From: the human T2T-CHM13v2.0 reference genome, Homo sapiens
Direction: 5' to 3' (one strand)
Assembly: GCF_009914755.1 (NCBI RefSeq)
Contig: NC_060948.1
DNA: 64,000 nt
Shown: one piece after another, positions 61,151 to 64,000 of the stretch
Layout of the letters: every line of letters starts with the position of its first letter
Numbering within the stretch: the stretch's first letter is position 1
Position numbers and translations under genes: made by a program
The notes under the pieces: generated by a model
What the model was told of the DNA's origin: nothing
Databases searched by the model: none
Seen by the model: the letters and a program-made list of their open reading frames with translations, nothing else

Positions 61151-63278
61151 AGATCCATATTTTTTAAATGAAAAAAAATTTCAAAGGTACTCTGCTTGGT
61201 ACAATAATCAAATGTATAAACTGAGGAATAAAACATAACCATGAAACCTACTTATAACTGCATATGGAAAATACAGAGGATAATTTTTTAAATAACATAT
61301 TTTGAAAGCCTTAACTAGTAATTTGAAGAGTTGGCATTTGAAAGGCCAGTATGAATATACCTTCAAAGCAGCAACACAGGTTCCCCATGAGAAAAAGCAA
61401 ACACAGAGAAAATAAAAACACAAAGGTTCAATCTCTTCTGACCTTTGAAAGACACAGCACAGACAGTGGTCCTTAGGACGAAGAGCAGGAGACCCCTAAT
61501 TCCGTCACCATGGCGATAGGGCATAAACATTGCTGGGTGAGGGCACAATCCACATTGTGAGGTCCAACTGCTGCCAGGAAGACAGGAGTGCTTTTACATA
61601 GACCGAAAGGTCATTGAAGGCTCAGAGTTTTGTTTCAAGAACTGAATCCCAAGCCCACACGTTATTAGGCTGCGCTTCTTAAAACAAGTTATGAGATGGG
61701 AAAAAGGGCACCCACAAACATACGTATACATTATGTATATAATAATATACAGTGTCATATATATAATATATATAACCTATGTATAATATTGTTTTACATC
61801 CTGCATCTTATGTTATATATATTGTATAAAATATAATAATTGATAATATATAAGTTTTATAATTATACAATATGACATATAGTATATATTATAATTTATG
61901 ACATATATAATATATGTTATATATCATATATAGAATATATTATACGGTTAATATACGTATTAAATATAAATTATACATTATATATATTATATATAATATA
62001 TCTGTTATATATAATACCCATTATGCATAATATATATATTATGTCTATGTTATATATAGTATAAAACAACATATAATAATATATAATTGTATATATAAAA
62101 TGCGACATATAATATATATTATATTTTATAACATATGTAATATATATTATATATTATATATAATACGTTGTATGTATAATACCTATATTAAATATATATT
62201 ATATGACTATGTTATTAATTACATGTCACATGTGTTATATATTATATATTTTACATAGAATATACCGGTTACATGCAATATATACTATGTTACCTATAAT
62301 GTATAATTTATTACATGTAAAATAAAGAATGCAATATATTATGTATAATTTATAATATACAATATGTGGAATGTGATATATATAACATATAATATATGAT
62401 ATATGATATACAGTATATGATATATAACATACAATATATGATTCCTAGTATATATGGTATACAATATATATTTTATGATATGTATTCTATATGTTTTATA
62501 TTCTGTTATATATAACTATTTGAAATTATATATAACTGTATAATATTTTATGTAAATATGTAATATAATATATATAACTATATAATATATTATATATAAC
62601 TATATATTATGTTATATATACTTTTATAACATAATTTACATAAAATATCATAATATAATATATATTATATTATTTCATATTACATAATATATATTACATA
62701 TCACCCAATATAACTAACATACATAATATTATAATATAGATTATATTCTGTTATATTAAATATCATATATATCATGTATCATATATTCTATAATATATAT
62801 TACACATTATATAATATGTATGTTGTCTATTATGTGATATATATAACTATATATATAATTATATTTTTATACATATAACTAGATAAACATGTAATTCTAC
62901 ATATTTTCATTTATAATATGTAGAATTATATAATCATATATAATTATTTATATTCTATAAAAAATTTTATCATTCTATAAATTATAATATATAAAAATTA
63001 TAATATGTACTACAAATATATATATTATATATCATATATGATATAGTACCTTTGTTATATATCATAATACATATAAATGTGTATTATGTTATCTATAATT
63101 ATATAATTTCATATATAAGATGTATAATATGTATCATATATTATATATGTTATGTAATATATATAGTATATATAAGATGACACAGGATAAATATTATATA
63201 CTATGACATATAAAATATATGAGGTTATATGTTACATATAAGGCATAGCACATAACATGTAATATATATCATATATAA

Positions 63279-63570
63279 TTTTTTTTTAGACAGAATCTTG
63301 TCCTGTTGCACAGGGTGGGGTACAATGGCGCCATCTTTGCTCACTGCAACTTCTGCCTCTTGGGACCAAGCGATTGTCCTCCCTCAGCCTCCCAGGTAGC
63401 TGGGACTACACCACACTGGGACTACACCAGCTGCCACCATGCCTAGCTAATTTTTTGGATTTTTAGTAGTGACAGCGTTTCACTGTATTGGCCAGGATGG
63501 TCTTGATCTCTTCACCTTGTGATCTCCTTGCCTTGGCCTCCAAATTTGCTGGGATTACAGGCCTGAGCCA
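63279..63570 (-). mobile_element. Alu remnant, unit 27
   Basis: Tandem copy of the unit-1 Alu. Confidence 0.95.
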
Positions 63571-64000
63571 AGATCCATATTTTTTAAATGAAAAAAAATT
63601 TCAAAGGTACTCTGCTTGGTACAATAATCAAATGTATAAACTGAGGAATAAAACATAACCATGAAACCTACTTATAACTGCATATGGAAAATACAGAGGA
63701 TAATTTTTTAAATAACATATTTTGAAAGCCTTAACTAGTAATTTGAAGAGTTGGCATTTGAAAGGCCAGTATGAATATACCTTCAAAGCAGCAACACAGG
63801 TTCCCCATGAGAAAAAGCAAACACAGGGAAAATAAAAACACAAAGGTTCAATCTCTTCTGACCTTTGAAAGACACAGCACAGACAGTGGTCCTTAGGACG
63901 AAGAGCAGGAGACCCCTAATTCCGTCACCATGGCGATAGGGCATAAACATTGCTGGGTGAGGGCACAATCCACATTGTGAGGTCCAACTGCTGCCAGGAA

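Overview
The whole 64 kb window is one uninterrupted head-to-tail array of a ~2.42 kb composite satellite (26 full periods of 2413-2420 bp; 27 Alu copies). Each unit has three parts: a slightly 5'-truncated, diverged Alu on the - strand (~292 bp), a ~570 bp non-repetitive HSATI-type segment, and a ~1.55 kb extremely AT-rich degenerate (TA)n-like block. This architecture, the period and the predicted ~2.15 kb HaeIII fragment match the human DYZ2/HSat1B satellite, most likely Yq12 heterochromatin. I see no credible protein-coding or RNA genes: every ORF in the track is a chance frame replicated by the array. I found no new biological system. The interesting content is the array's internal history, read by eye from shared single-base variants: nested monomer and dimer duplications, a probable gene-conversion tract, chimeric units, long-range shared variants, two marker domains, and an Alu whose diagnostic sites look AluSc8-like rather than AluY.
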